A DNA stretch of 64,000 nucleotides from Candidatus Kapaibacterium sp. GTDB lineage: Bacteria > Bacteroidota > Ignavibacteria > Kapaibacteriales > UBA2268. How positions within the stretch are numbered: position 1 is the first letter of the stretch; every line of letters begins with the position of its first letter. Of this stretch, positions 49,800 through 59,226 are shown piece by piece. Location: the NCBI GenBank assembly GCA_032027125.1, contig JAVSMQ010000001.1:12819-76818 (forward strand). The letters run 5' to 3'. The notes under the pieces are model-generated. The model had not been told where the DNA came from and did not search any database. It saw only the letters and a program-made list of their open reading frames with translations. A program made the translations under genes and the position numbers.

Positions 49800-50010
49800 G
49801 TTACAGTCCTCGAAGAGCATTCCGATACTTGTACTGAACAGTCCGCTCATAAGGAGCATCAAAAATTGTCAATTGATGATTGACAATTAAGCTGGAAATG
49901 CAATGATTTAAGAATCTTTTTTTATTAACAGGGCATTACTGCGGAGTTTAACGTATTTCTTCACATCCTTTTTTCATGGAGGGATTTAGGGGTGGTAATC
50001 AAAAAGTGAA
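49800..50010. repeat. hairpin-module repeats in inverted orientation (counterpart of 47521-47620 and 25049-25150)
   Basis: The reverse complement reads ccacccctaaatccctccatgaaaaaaggatgtg .. aaactccgcagtaatgccctgttaataaaaaaag .. gctccttatgagcggactgttcag. This is homologous to modules at 47.52 kb and 25.05-25.14 kb. Confidence 0.7.
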
Positions 50011-50040
50011 AATATCGCCTGAAAAATGGTTTGATTTTCC

Positions 50041-50298
50041 TTAATATTTCTTATAAATACCGAACATCATCAAACTTGAGCCCTCAGTTTCAATGAGTTT
50101 ATCCTCGAGTTCAAATAATTTATTTAAAATATTCAATGTTTCTTCATTATCAATCATAAAATTATGGGAAATGTCTTTTAATACGTGCATCAAAATATTT
50201 CCACCATAATGCCTTTCATATATGGCTTTACAACAACTTCTTAAAGTAGGGACAATGCTCTCTGAGTCAACAGCCTCCGAAGGATCAGACATAATCAT
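50041..50298 (-). CDS. small ORF, probable detached C-terminal part of the upstream methyltransferase
   Basis: An ATGA overlap joins it to 50295..51017. It begins MIMSDPSEAVDSE. No independent domain was found. Confidence 0.4.
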   Translation of the reverse strand: MIMSDPSEAVDSESIVPTLRSCCKAIYERHYGGNILMHVLKDISHNFMIDNEETLNILNKLFELEDKLIETEGSSLMMFGIYKKY

Positions 50299-51017
50299 CC
50301 TAATCCAACCGGGACCGGAAAAATTATTTTTTGGAGATTAGTACTTAATCTGATTTTAAATTTATCAGGAATTATCTTTAGAATTTTATTAGTTTCTAAT
50401 ATTTGCAGTTCCTTCCACTGAAGTCTGTTCGGACCGACATATTCATTGATTATCAATAAACCTTCATCTTTTAGAAATTTATTTATTATCTGCGGTAAAA
50501 AAGATGTAATATTTTTAAAATGATGAAGAGAATTATCAAACATAATCATATCAAATTTATCATGTACCATACTAAGATTATTAACATCATCAATTACAAA
50601 TTTAATATTTTCCAATCCTGAATTTAGGGCTCTTTCATTTCCTTTATTGACTCTATTTTGAGATAAATCAACACCAATAATGCTTTCAAAGATATTATTA
50701 AATGAAGCAAAATTTAATTCATGAGTTCCATCACCACAACCTAAGGACAACAACGTCAATCCCGTTTTATCTGACAAATAATTCTTAACTACAAATTCTT
50801 CATAGGTTTGATCAGGATTTCCGGTTATGATTTTATTCCACCTCTTTTGTACTTCCGGTACCATCCACCAACCTGACCTAAGCATTTCAGCCTGAAAACT
50901 TGATTTAGTTCTTGAATGCGAATTCAGATTAAATTTAGTCAGTATAAAAGCTGCACCTCTTTGCCGGACTCTTAAATATGTTTCAATTAAATCATCTTTT
51001 GTAATTAATCTCATCAA
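50295..51017 (-). CDS. class I SAM-dependent methyltransferase
   Basis: SAM-binding motif I is LLSLGCGDGTHE. An acidic residue loop (GVDLS) is present, and post I/II motifs are DDVNN and FDMIMFDNSLHHF. Confidence 0.75.
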   Translation of the reverse strand: MMRLITKDDLIETYLRVRQRGAAFILTKFNLNSHSRTKSSFQAEMLRSGWWMVPEVQKRWNKIITGNPDQTYEEFVVKNYLSDKTGLTLLSLGCGDGTHELNFASFNNIFESIIGVDLSQNRVNKGNERALNSGLENIKFVIDDVNNLSMVHDKFDMIMFDNSLHHFKNITSFLPQIINKFLKDEGLLIINEYVGPNRLQWKELQILETNKILKIIPDKFKIRLSTNLQKIIFPVPVGLG

Positions 51018-51062
51018 GTTAAATATCCAATTATGTGTTGAATAGAATATAATCCTAGTTTG

Positions 51063-51962
51063 TTAACTGCTTATATTCTCAATATATTCTTTTACTTTCT
51101 CCATATACCATTGCGGAGTGCTTGTTGCACCGGAAATACCGACGGTGTTTGAATTATCGAACCATAAGTTTTCAATTTCGCTGATATCTTCAATAAAATG
51201 AGTCCTTGGATTGACTTTAAGACAAGAATTAAATAAACTCTTACCGTTAGAAGAATTTTTACCGGAGACAAAAATCATTACATCATTGGATTTTGCAAAT
51301 TGTGTCAGCGGCTCTTCCCTGCTTGTAACAGCACGGCAGGTAGTGTCGCGTCCAATAAGTTTGTTTTCTATTTCACCAAGGTCAATAAGATTAACAATTT
51401 TTGATTCAAGATATTCCTTAACCTGATTAAAAATATGTTTATCCATTGTTGTCTGGGACATGAAGACAGTTTGCTTTCCAAATTCGCTGATTTCTTTGGC
51501 TTCATCAAGTGTTTTGATTACTATACATTGGTCATTGCAGACTCCCCGAAGTCCTATCACTTCAGCATGTTCCTTTTTGCCGAAAATAATAATCTGATAA
51601 CCCTGTGAATAGTATTTTTTTACACGATTCTGTAAATTTGTAACAAGCGGGCATGTAGCGTCAATTACATTAAGTCCGAGTTCTTCGGTTTTTTGATATG
51701 TTGCAGGCGGCTCGCCATGTGCCCTGATAATTATATTGGCATTTTTATCATTCAAGGCAATTGATTCCAAATCATCATGAGTAATTGTGACAAGTCCCTG
51801 CTCTTCAAGTCTGGAGATTTCTTTCGGATTATGTATGATATGACCAAGTATATATGTATTTTTACTTTCTTCGTCAGCCTTTGTCAAAGTTTCCTGAGCA
51901 ATATCAACTGTTCTGACTACTCCCCAGCAAAAACCTGCCTTTGGATCTATTGTAACAATCAT
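51063..51962 (-). CDS. ispH: 4-hydroxy-3-methylbut-2-enyl diphosphate reductase
   Basis: PKAGFCWGV, GHIIHNP, RAHGEPP, ATCPLVT, SQTT and SSNG are typical IspH/LytB motifs. Confidence 0.92.
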   Translation of the reverse strand: MIVTIDPKAGFCWGVVRTVDIAQETLTKADEESKNTYILGHIIHNPKEISRLEEQGLVTITHDDLESIALNDKNANIIIRAHGEPPATYQKTEELGLNVIDATCPLVTNLQNRVKKYYSQGYQIIIFGKKEHAEVIGLRGVCNDQCIVIKTLDEAKEISEFGKQTVFMSQTTMDKHIFNQVKEYLESKIVNLIDLGEIENKLIGRDTTCRAVTSREEPLTQFAKSNDVMIFVSGKNSSNGKSLFNSCLKVNPRTHFIEDISEIENLWFDNSNTVGISGATSTPQWYMEKVKEYIENISS

Positions 51963-52639
51963 TATTTTTGTCCTTCAATAATTTCTTTTGCTAAACTGAT
52001 TATCATTTCTGTCTGCTGCTGAATTGTTATGTTTGAAGTGTCAATTTCAACAGCATCTTCAGCTTTTCTTAACGGACTGTTTTCACGGGAACTGTCATAT
52101 TCATCTCTTGCAGAAATCTGCGAAATGATTTCATCAACCGAGCTGTCAAATCCTTTTGATTTCAACTCAATCAAGCGGCGTTCCGCTCTTGCTGTTATGG
52201 AAGCAATAAGATAAATTTTCAGGTCTGCATTTGGAAAAACCACAGTTCCGATATCTCTGCCGTCCATTACAACGCCGCCGGATTTCCCCATTTCTCTTTG
52301 CTGCTCAACCATTTTTTCACGTACATATCCCATGGCACTTACCGGACTGACTAATTTGGTTACATCAGGTCTTCGGATATCATCACTTACATCTCTTCCA
52401 TTCAAATAAGTTCTCTGACCTGATGAGCTTTGCTTAAGTCCGATTTTAACTTCATCAACAACTTTATTAACTTCAATTTCTGAAATTTCTGTTTTCCTTT
52501 CAATACATGCAAGCGTGACAGCCCTATACATAGCACCCGTATCAATATAAATATATCCAAGTCTTTCGGCTACTATTTTAGCTGAAGTTGATTTTCCTGA
52601 ACCTGCAGGACCGTCTATTGCGATAATAATATTTTTCAT
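51962..52639 (-). CDS. cmk: cytidylate kinase
   Basis: IAIDGPAGSGKSTSAKIVAERLGYIYIDTGAMYRA, DGRDIGTVVFP and the C-terminal RD..D..R are present. Confidence 0.93.
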   Translation of the reverse strand: MKNIIIAIDGPAGSGKSTSAKIVAERLGYIYIDTGAMYRAVTLACIERKTEISEIEVNKVVDEVKIGLKQSSSGQRTYLNGRDVSDDIRRPDVTKLVSPVSAMGYVREKMVEQQREMGKSGGVVMDGRDIGTVVFPNADLKIYLIASITARAERRLIELKSKGFDSSVDEIISQISARDEYDSSRENSPLRKAEDAVEIDTSNITIQQQTEMIISLAKEIIEGQK

Positions 52640-53349
52640 TAGTTTTTGTTTAAAAGAGAATAAATAATTTTCAAAGAAGAGTCAACATCACTAAAATCGA
52701 AAACCGTTTTATCAGGATTGTACATTTCGAGTTCTTCAACGGAAAATCCGCCGGTAGCAACTGCAATCACTTTCATATTGTTTTTTCTTGCACATTCAAT
52801 ATCACGGTAAGTGTCCCCGATTATGATTGTATTTTTAGTATTAAAAATATTGACTTTATAATGATTATTAGTTCTTTCGATTGCAATCGGAGGCAGTAAA
52901 TTTCTGTCTTCCGAATCAGAACCGAAAGCTCCGGTTGGGAAAAATCCGTCAAGTCCGGCGATGCTAAGTTTCAAATATGCATTTTCAATAAAATTACCTG
53001 TTATCAATCCAAGGGTGATTTCATTGTCTTCGCTTAATGCTTTAATAATACTGTTAATTCCCGGCAGCAGAGTAACATTTTCAGGAATTGAGTGAGCCTC
53101 AAACATACAAAGCATACGTTTCCAAATATCGGGAATTGTTTTCAGGACTTCCTGATAATCATGACCAATATTTTCTGTAATGCATTTGATAATCTGTAAA
53201 TCTGTCATTCCGTGAAATTTGGGAATTGCAGAATCAGGTACCTCACAGCCAAATAATTCCTTCAACATTCCGGAAAAAAGGTCCTTTGCAATACCATGTC
53301 TAAAATTTAAAATTGTCCCGTCAATGTCAAAAAGAACTAAATACTTCAT
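52639..53349 (-). CDS. HAD-superfamily hydrolase (phosphoglycolate phosphatase-like)
   Basis: Motif I is LFDIDGTIL. Motif II is ITGN. Motif III/IV is IIGDTYRDIECARKNNMKVIAVATG. Confidence 0.75.
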   Translation of the reverse strand: MKYLVLFDIDGTILNFRHGIAKDLFSGMLKELFGCEVPDSAIPKFHGMTDLQIIKCITENIGHDYQEVLKTIPDIWKRMLCMFEAHSIPENVTLLPGINSIIKALSEDNEITLGLITGNFIENAYLKLSIAGLDGFFPTGAFGSDSEDRNLLPPIAIERTNNHYKVNIFNTKNTIIIGDTYRDIECARKNNMKVIAVATGGFSVEELEMYNPDKTVFDFSDVDSSLKIIYSLLNKN

Positions 53350-53474
53350 GTTACCTGTTTAATTTTAAAAAGTAAGAGACGAATTTTTATATACAACTAT
53401 TTTCATTATCAGAAATAATGTGTCAATTAAGTGTTTAAATGTTGAATTTCAAAGTTTAATTTTAATTTCTATTT

Positions 53475-54494
53475 CTATCTTGAAACCGCTCTTAATGCGT
53501 TTGAATTTACTGTGAAATCTAACGAATAATAATTTTCCGGGTTTTGATTGACTTTTCTTTCACCGATGAATCCTATCATAGCAGCATTATCAACACAGTA
53601 TAGAAGCTCCGGTGCAATGAGTTTGATTTTCCTTTTATTTGCTTCAATCCGGAGATTACTTCTTAGTCCGCTGTTTGAAGAAACTCCGCCTGCAATTGTA
53701 ATAGAACTAACTCCGTATTTTTTTGCAGCTTTTAAAGTTTTAACTGTCAAAACCTCAACAATTGCACTTTGAACTGATGCCGCCAAGTCATTCATAACAT
53801 TATCGCTTAAATCGCCATCGAAATTTTTGTGAATAAAATATCTTACAGATGTTTTCAAGCCTGAAAAGCTAAAATCAAAATTATCATCATGAATCATCGG
53901 ACGGGGAAAATCGTATGCTTTTGGATTTCCATTCTTTGCAAGACGGTCAATGACAGGTCCTCCAGGATAAGGAAGTCCCATTAGTTTTGCAATTTTATCG
54001 AAAGCTTCACCCGCTGCATCATCTCTGGTTAGACCGATTATATCATAATCATTGTATGACTTTACATAAAAGAGTGCCGTATGACCACCGCTTACAACCA
54101 ATGAAATAAATGGAAATTCAAGCGTTGGGTCCTGCAGACAGCCGGAAAATAAATGTCCTTCAATATGATTGACAGGTACGACCGGTAAGTTATATTTAAG
54201 AGATAAACCTTTTGCGAAATTTGAACCGACAATTAAACTACCAGCCAATCCGGGCTGATTTGTAACAGCTATTGCATTAATATCACTAATGGTTACCCCT
54301 GCAATTGTCAATGCTTCATAAGTTATCTGATGAATAGCCTTCAAATGAGCTCTGGATGCAAGTTCCGGAACAACTCCTCCGAATTTTGAATGAAAATATT
54401 GTGAAGAAATGACATTGCTCAAAACTTCAGAGTTGTTTACAATTGAGACCGATGTCTCATCACAGGATGATTCAATTGCCAAAATCATTGTCAT
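53475..54494 (-). CDS. tsaD: tRNA N6-adenosine threonylcarbamoyltransferase
   Basis: LAIESSCDETSVSIV, HIEGHLF, SGGHT and the GPVID, GGVSSN and DNAAMIG motifs are present. Confidence 0.93.
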   Translation of the reverse strand: MTMILAIESSCDETSVSIVNNSEVLSNVISSQYFHSKFGGVVPELASRAHLKAIHQITYEALTIAGVTISDINAIAVTNQPGLAGSLIVGSNFAKGLSLKYNLPVVPVNHIEGHLFSGCLQDPTLEFPFISLVVSGGHTALFYVKSYNDYDIIGLTRDDAAGEAFDKIAKLMGLPYPGGPVIDRLAKNGNPKAYDFPRPMIHDDNFDFSFSGLKTSVRYFIHKNFDGDLSDNVMNDLAASVQSAIVEVLTVKTLKAAKKYGVSSITIAGGVSSNSGLRSNLRIEANKRKIKLIAPELLYCVDNAAMIGFIGERKVNQNPENYYSLDFTVNSNALRAVSR

Positions 54495-55731
54495 TAACCT
54501 TATTTCTAATTAATTCAAGAGCTTTTGTAACCGCTCTTTCGCGATTTAATGAACGGTCATTTCCTAACCGGTATTCATAAGCATTCGTTTCATTCAAATA
54601 CGAAATGCCAATCCAGACTGTACCTACAGGTTTATCATCGGTTCCACCATCAGGACCTGCAATACCCGTAATTGATAATCCAATATCTGTATCAAAATAT
54701 ACTCTGACATTATAAGCCATTTCTATTGCTGTCTGTTTAGATACTGCTCCGAAAGATTCGAGTGTTTTGGGATGAACTTTCAGAAAATCCCTTTTGACTT
54801 CGTTTGAATAAGCTATTATTCCACCCTTAAAATATTCTGAACTGCCTGCAATTTCAGTGAATGCTGCTCCAAGCATACCGCCGGTACAGGATTCAGCAAC
54901 AGAAATTATTAATTTTTTATCTCTCAATAAATTCCCGACTACTGATTGGAGTGAATCATTGCCATATCCGATTATATATTTTCCTGCTTTTTCAATAATA
55001 TAATTTTTCATTTCATTCAAATATTCCTGAGCCTTTTTATAAGTATCCGATTTGGAACCAATTCTCAGACGAACGGTTGCGGCTGCCGGTAAGTATGCAA
55101 GTGTTGCACTATTTGGAAAATCGGTTGGCAAACCTATTAAATCAGCAAGTTTTGACTCAGGAATACCTGCTGTTTTTATAGTAAGATATAATTGCACATC
55201 ATTTGAATATTTTTGAAAATGTTCTACGGCGATTGCCATAAACTCATTTTCGAAAATTGAACGCATCTCAGCAGGAACACCCGGTAATGAAAGCACCAAT
55301 TTTTGACCCAATTCAAAAAGCAATCCCGGTGCTGTACCAACAATATTTTTGAGAGCTTTGCTTTTTGATGGTATGAGAGCCTGCGCCCTGTTTTTCTCTG
55401 ACATAATCCATTTTCTGGATAAAAAGGACTTTTCTAAATTCTGTTCTGTTTCGATATCAATAATTAACTTATCATCGAAATATTCAATCAAAACGCTCTT
55501 GGTAATATCATCATGAGTAGGTCCTAAACCCCCTGTTATCACAATAACATCCGAAGAATTAACAAGTCTGTCAAGTTCAGATTTCATTATTTCGGATTCA
55601 TCCGGTACCGTAGAATGTAAAAATGCAGAATATCCTATTGAAGTCAACTTATCAGCAATCCACGCAGCATTGGTGTTAATAACCTGACCGATACAGATTT
55701 CATCTCCAACAGTTAAAATTGAGAATTTCAT
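54472..55731 (-). CDS. cinA: CinA-family protein (MoCF-type N-domain + nicotinamide-nucleotide amidohydrolase PncC domain)
   Basis: TVGDEICIGQVINTNAAWIADKL and ITGGLGPTHDDITK lie in the N-domain. The C-domain carries AESCTGG, GVTGIAGPDGG and similar motifs. Confidence 0.9.
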   Translation of the reverse strand: MKFSILTVGDEICIGQVINTNAAWIADKLTSIGYSAFLHSTVPDESEIMKSELDRLVNSSDVIVITGGLGPTHDDITKSVLIEYFDDKLIIDIETEQNLEKSFLSRKWIMSEKNRAQALIPSKSKALKNIVGTAPGLLFELGQKLVLSLPGVPAEMRSIFENEFMAIAVEHFQKYSNDVQLYLTIKTAGIPESKLADLIGLPTDFPNSATLAYLPAAATVRLRIGSKSDTYKKAQEYLNEMKNYIIEKAGKYIIGYGNDSLQSVVGNLLRDKKLIISVAESCTGGMLGAAFTEIAGSSEYFKGGIIAYSNEVKRDFLKVHPKTLESFGAVSKQTAIEMAYNVRVYFDTDIGLSITGIAGPDGGTDDKPVGTVWIGISYLNETNAYEYRLGNDRSLNRERAVTKALELIRNKVNDNDFGN

Positions 55732-55750
55732 ATCATTTCCAAATTAATAT

Positions 55751-55778
55751 GGGATTGTTCGTTTATAAGAACAATCCC
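55751..55778 (-). terminator. 10-bp-stem hairpin between rpsA and cinA (weak terminator candidate)
   Basis: The hairpin is gggattgttc-gtttataa-gaacaatccc. The flanking sequence is AT-rich but there is no clean T-tract. Confidence 0.35.
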
Positions 55779-55811
55779 AAATATTAAAGACAAATAATTT
55801 ATTTATATAAA

Positions 55812-57983
55812 TTATACAGTTTTTTCTGTTTCGTCTGTAGATTCAGTAACCGGAGCTTCAACAGGTGTTTCAGCTACAGCAGGTGCTTCAACCTCAGCAG
55901 GTGCTTCAACTTCAGCAGGTGTCTCAACTGGAGCTTCAATTTTAGCAGGTGCTTCAACTTCAGCAGATGCTTCAACTTCAGCAGATGCTTCAACTTCAGC
56001 AGACGCTTCAGCCACAGCAGGAGCTTCGACTGGTGCTTCAACTTTTACAGCCGGTTTTGCTTTAGTTAGTGTTCTAACTTCAGGTTCAACTTCAAAGTTT
56101 TTAAAATCATCCTTGCCGATTCTTTTGTATTCGAGATTGAATTCTTCACTGAAGAAATCAGCCTGAGAACTGTCATAAGTTACTTCAACAGGAGGATTGT
56201 CAGCATTTGGTACCGGATGAGCTTTATTGTAAGCATCAATTAATGACTGATCTTTACTGCGTAATGCTTCAACTACCGAAAGTACAATCTTCTTTGCTTC
56301 TTTGTCAAACTCGACAACTTTTAAAGGAAGATTATCTCCAATCTTGAAATATTCACTGATGTTCTTGACCGGTGCAAATGAAAGTTGTGATACAGGAACA
56401 AATCCGTCCACACCCTCTGGCAATTCAACAATCACGCCTTTTTCGATAATTCTTTCGATCTTAGCTTCAGATTCCGAACCGATGCTATATGTATTTTCAA
56501 AAGTATCCCAAGGATTGTCATTTATTTGCTTATGACCAAGAGCTATTCTTCTTTGTTCAGGGTCAATGCTCAACACCATTACTTCAAGTCTGTCGCCTTT
56601 TTTAACGAATTCCCCCGGATGGCGGATTTTCTTTGTCCATGACAAGTCACTGATATGTACAAGACCGTCAACACCTGGTTCGAGTTCAACAAACACACCG
56701 AAATTCGTAAGATTTCTTACAATTCCGTTATGGCGTGAATCAACAGGGTACTTTCTCATAAGGTCTTCCCATGGATCCGGTTCGAGTTGTTTCATACCAA
56801 GAGCAAGTTTTTTGTTATCTTTATCTATATTTAGAACAGTAGCTTCCACAACCTGACCCATAGAAACAATTTGAGACGGATGTTTTACATGTTGTGTCCA
56901 TGACATTTCACTTATGTGAATCAAACCTTCGATACCTTTTTCGATTTCGATAAATGCACCGTAGTCTGTCAGGCTGACAACTTTACCGCTAACCTTAGTA
57001 GCTTTTTCATATTTTTCACCGATGGTATCCCATGGATGTGGCGTAAGCTGTTTCATGCCAAGAGAAATTCTCTTCTTGTCGCCGTCGAAATCAAGAACAA
57101 CAACTTTGACGACTTCATCAAGTGTAACGATTTCAGTTGGATGAGTAACACGTCCCCATGATAAATCTGTAATGTGAACAAGCCCGTCAACGCCGCCCAA
57201 ATCAACAAATACACCAAAGTCTGAAATAGCTTTAACCGTACCCTCAAGCACGAGTCCTTTTTCAAGACGTGACATAATTTCGGTTCTCTGTTCGGAAAGT
57301 TGTTCTTCAAGCAGAACTTTGTGTGAAACAACAACGTTTTCACTTGGGTGATTAACTTTAACAACTTTAACGTCAATAGTTTTTGTAACCCAGCCGTCGA
57401 AATCTCTTACAGGACGAACATCAATCTGTGAGCCCGGTAAGAATGCTTCGATTCCAAGTAAATCAACAACCATTCCGCCTTTGATTCTGCGAAGAATTTT
57501 AACTTTGGTAACTTCCTGTTTATCGTATAATGCAATAATATCTTCCCAAATTCTCATGAAGTCGGCACGACGTCTCGATAATAATAATTTACCGTTAGAA
57601 TCTTCCATCTTTTCGATAAATACATCAATCTCATCGCCTATTTTATACGTTTCAGCATTAAGAAGCTCTGCTTTAGGCACAACACCCAAAGACTTAAAAC
57701 CTATATCAACAAATACTTCATCTTTGGTAATGTTGACAATACGACCGCTAACCAGCTCATCTTCTTTAATTATCTTGATAGCAGTATCAAACATTTTAGA
57801 AAAGGAATCATCATCAATATCAAAACTGTCAAATCCGCCTTCTAAAAAGTTTGTGATAGCATCTGCATCATATCTCTTGACTTGTTTTTGAATGCCATGC
57901 ATTGGATGTTTGGAATCAGATCCCTGAAAATCGCCTTCAGCTACAGCGACAACATCTTGATTCATATTAGCATTATCCGACAT
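55812..57983 (-). CDS. rpsA: 30S ribosomal protein S1 with Ala/Glu/Pro/Val-rich repeat tail
   Basis: Six S1 domains are present (GRIVNITKDEVFVDIG, G.VKAISDFGVFVDLGGVDGLVHITDLSW, and similar). The start was placed at the ATG at 57983, which is preceded by ggaggac. The upstream part of the ORF looks non-coding. Confidence 0.93.
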   Translation of the reverse strand: MSDNANMNQDVVAVAEGDFQGSDSKHPMHGIQKQVKRYDADAITNFLEGGFDSFDIDDDSFSKMFDTAIKIIKEDELVSGRIVNITKDEVFVDIGFKSLGVVPKAELLNAETYKIGDEIDVFIEKMEDSNGKLLLSRRRADFMRIWEDIIALYDKQEVTKVKILRRIKGGMVVDLLGIEAFLPGSQIDVRPVRDFDGWVTKTIDVKVVKVNHPSENVVVSHKVLLEEQLSEQRTEIMSRLEKGLVLEGTVKAISDFGVFVDLGGVDGLVHITDLSWGRVTHPTEIVTLDEVVKVVVLDFDGDKKRISLGMKQLTPHPWDTIGEKYEKATKVSGKVVSLTDYGAFIEIEKGIEGLIHISEMSWTQHVKHPSQIVSMGQVVEATVLNIDKDNKKLALGMKQLEPDPWEDLMRKYPVDSRHNGIVRNLTNFGVFVELEPGVDGLVHISDLSWTKKIRHPGEFVKKGDRLEVMVLSIDPEQRRIALGHKQINDNPWDTFENTYSIGSESEAKIERIIEKGVIVELPEGVDGFVPVSQLSFAPVKNISEYFKIGDNLPLKVVEFDKEAKKIVLSVVEALRSKDQSLIDAYNKAHPVPNADNPPVEVTYDSSQADFFSEEFNLEYKRIGKDDFKNFEVEPEVRTLTKAKPAVKVEAPVEAPAVAEASAEVEASAEVEASAEVEAPAKIEAPVETPAEVEAPAEVEAPAVAETPVEAPVTESTDETEKTV
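55870..56010. repeat. 18-bp in-frame tandem repeats encoding (E-V-E-A-[SP]-A)n in the S1 tail
   Basis: gcttcaacttcagcag[ag]t is repeated back to back, for example at 55951, 55969 and 55987, with diverged copies upstream. Confidence 0.8.
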
Positions 57984-58152
57984 TAAAGTCCTCCAAAAAA
58001 ATAAAATTATAGTGAAACAAACAGTGTAAAAATTACACCACAAAACATTTTCATATTTTGTACATTTTAGCCATGTAAAATAATACTTAAATTTCAATTA
58101 GACAAATATTTACATGTTTTTTTATGATTTTTTACAATTCTTATTGATTTTA

Positions 58153-59133
58153 TCAAAACATCCCGTTTACAAGTTCTCCAATTTTGACATTGCGGAAATA
58201 ATCTTCAATATTAATATTTTCGAGTGATTCTGATATTGAATGTTCTTCGTGTCTTACCCCTATCAGCAATTTCTCGAAATCTTCAGTTTCCAAAGTGTTG
58301 AAATAATCACCGTAAAACTTACATGCAGTAATTTTGCCGTCCTGCACATCAAGATTGATTTCGATATGTCCGCCATCAGTTTTTATTGATTTGTTGAATG
58401 AATATTTTGCCTGGTAACCGAAATTCCAATCCCATCCTGAGTATTTTGCTGCGACGAGTGATTTTATTTCTGCAACATCCATTTCATTCAGTTCGTATGC
58501 TTCAGAGTCATCATATTTATCCATAATATGATTCATTATCATTCGGGTAAAATCATCAAGTTCCAGCGGAGATTTAAGATGCTCGGAAATATTTGTGACT
58601 CTTGAACGAACTGATTTCACGGCTTTGTCCTGATATTTCAACGGATTAACTTTAAGTGCTTCACTTAAATCCTTCATTTCAGATGCAAATAACAACGTGC
58701 CGTGCTGAAGAACACGATTTCTAACAACATGCATTGCGTTGCCGGAGAATTTACGGCTGTCAATAGTCAAATCATTTCTTCCTTCAAATTTTGCAGGAAT
58801 ATCAAGTTTATGCAGGACTTCAAGAATTGGTTCTGTATATTTTCTGAAATCAACCGGCAAACCATCGGTTGAATTCATAATGAATGTAAAGTTCAGATTA
58901 CCCAAATCATGAAAAACGGCTCCGCCTCCCGATAGACGCCTGACTACCTTTATGTTCTTCTCTTTTACATAGTCAAGATTAATTTCAGCAAGAGTATTTT
59001 GATGTTTACCCACAATGATAGCATTATCATTACGCCAAAGCATGAAAATATCCTGATTAAAATTCTTGAACAGGTATTCTTCGACAGCCATATTAAAATA
59101 CGGCTCGATAGAATTGTTATAAATACAAAGCAT
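58153..59133 (-). CDS. lplA: lipoate-protein ligase A
   Basis: MLCIYNNSIEPYFNMAVEEYLF aligns with the LplA N-terminus. RRLSGGGAVFHDLGN and KFSGNA are present. The start was set at 59133. Confidence 0.9.
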   Translation of the reverse strand: MLCIYNNSIEPYFNMAVEEYLFKNFNQDIFMLWRNDNAIIVGKHQNTLAEINLDYVKEKNIKVVRRLSGGGAVFHDLGNLNFTFIMNSTDGLPVDFRKYTEPILEVLHKLDIPAKFEGRNDLTIDSRKFSGNAMHVVRNRVLQHGTLLFASEMKDLSEALKVNPLKYQDKAVKSVRSRVTNISEHLKSPLELDDFTRMIMNHIMDKYDDSEAYELNEMDVAEIKSLVAAKYSGWDWNFGYQAKYSFNKSIKTDGGHIEINLDVQDGKITACKFYGDYFNTLETEDFEKLLIGVRHEEHSISESLENINIEDYFRNVKIGELVNGMF

Positions 59134-59180
59134 TTTAGTTCCAATGTAATTAATAATAAATTTATGCAAAAATAATTAAT

Positions 59181-59188
59181 TATATTTG
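59181..59188 (+). promoter_or_regulatory. candidate -7 element TATATTTG upstream of rsmI
   Basis: The sequence matches TAnnTTTG exactly, 39 nt upstream of the ATG at 59227. Confidence 0.3.
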
Positions 59189-59226
59189 TATTCTGTATTA
59201 TTACTCAAAATAAATAAGTTACTCAA

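Noticed and set aside
49513-49862. ORFs lie over the locus-2 D/E units: 49513..49698, 49554..49862, 49558..49788 and 49580..49768.
   Set aside because: They are heptad read-throughs of the tandem repeat in multiple frames and on both strands. The 102-aa minus-strand ORF begins inside a hairpin-module repeat (gctccttatgagcggactgttc). There is no support for coding.
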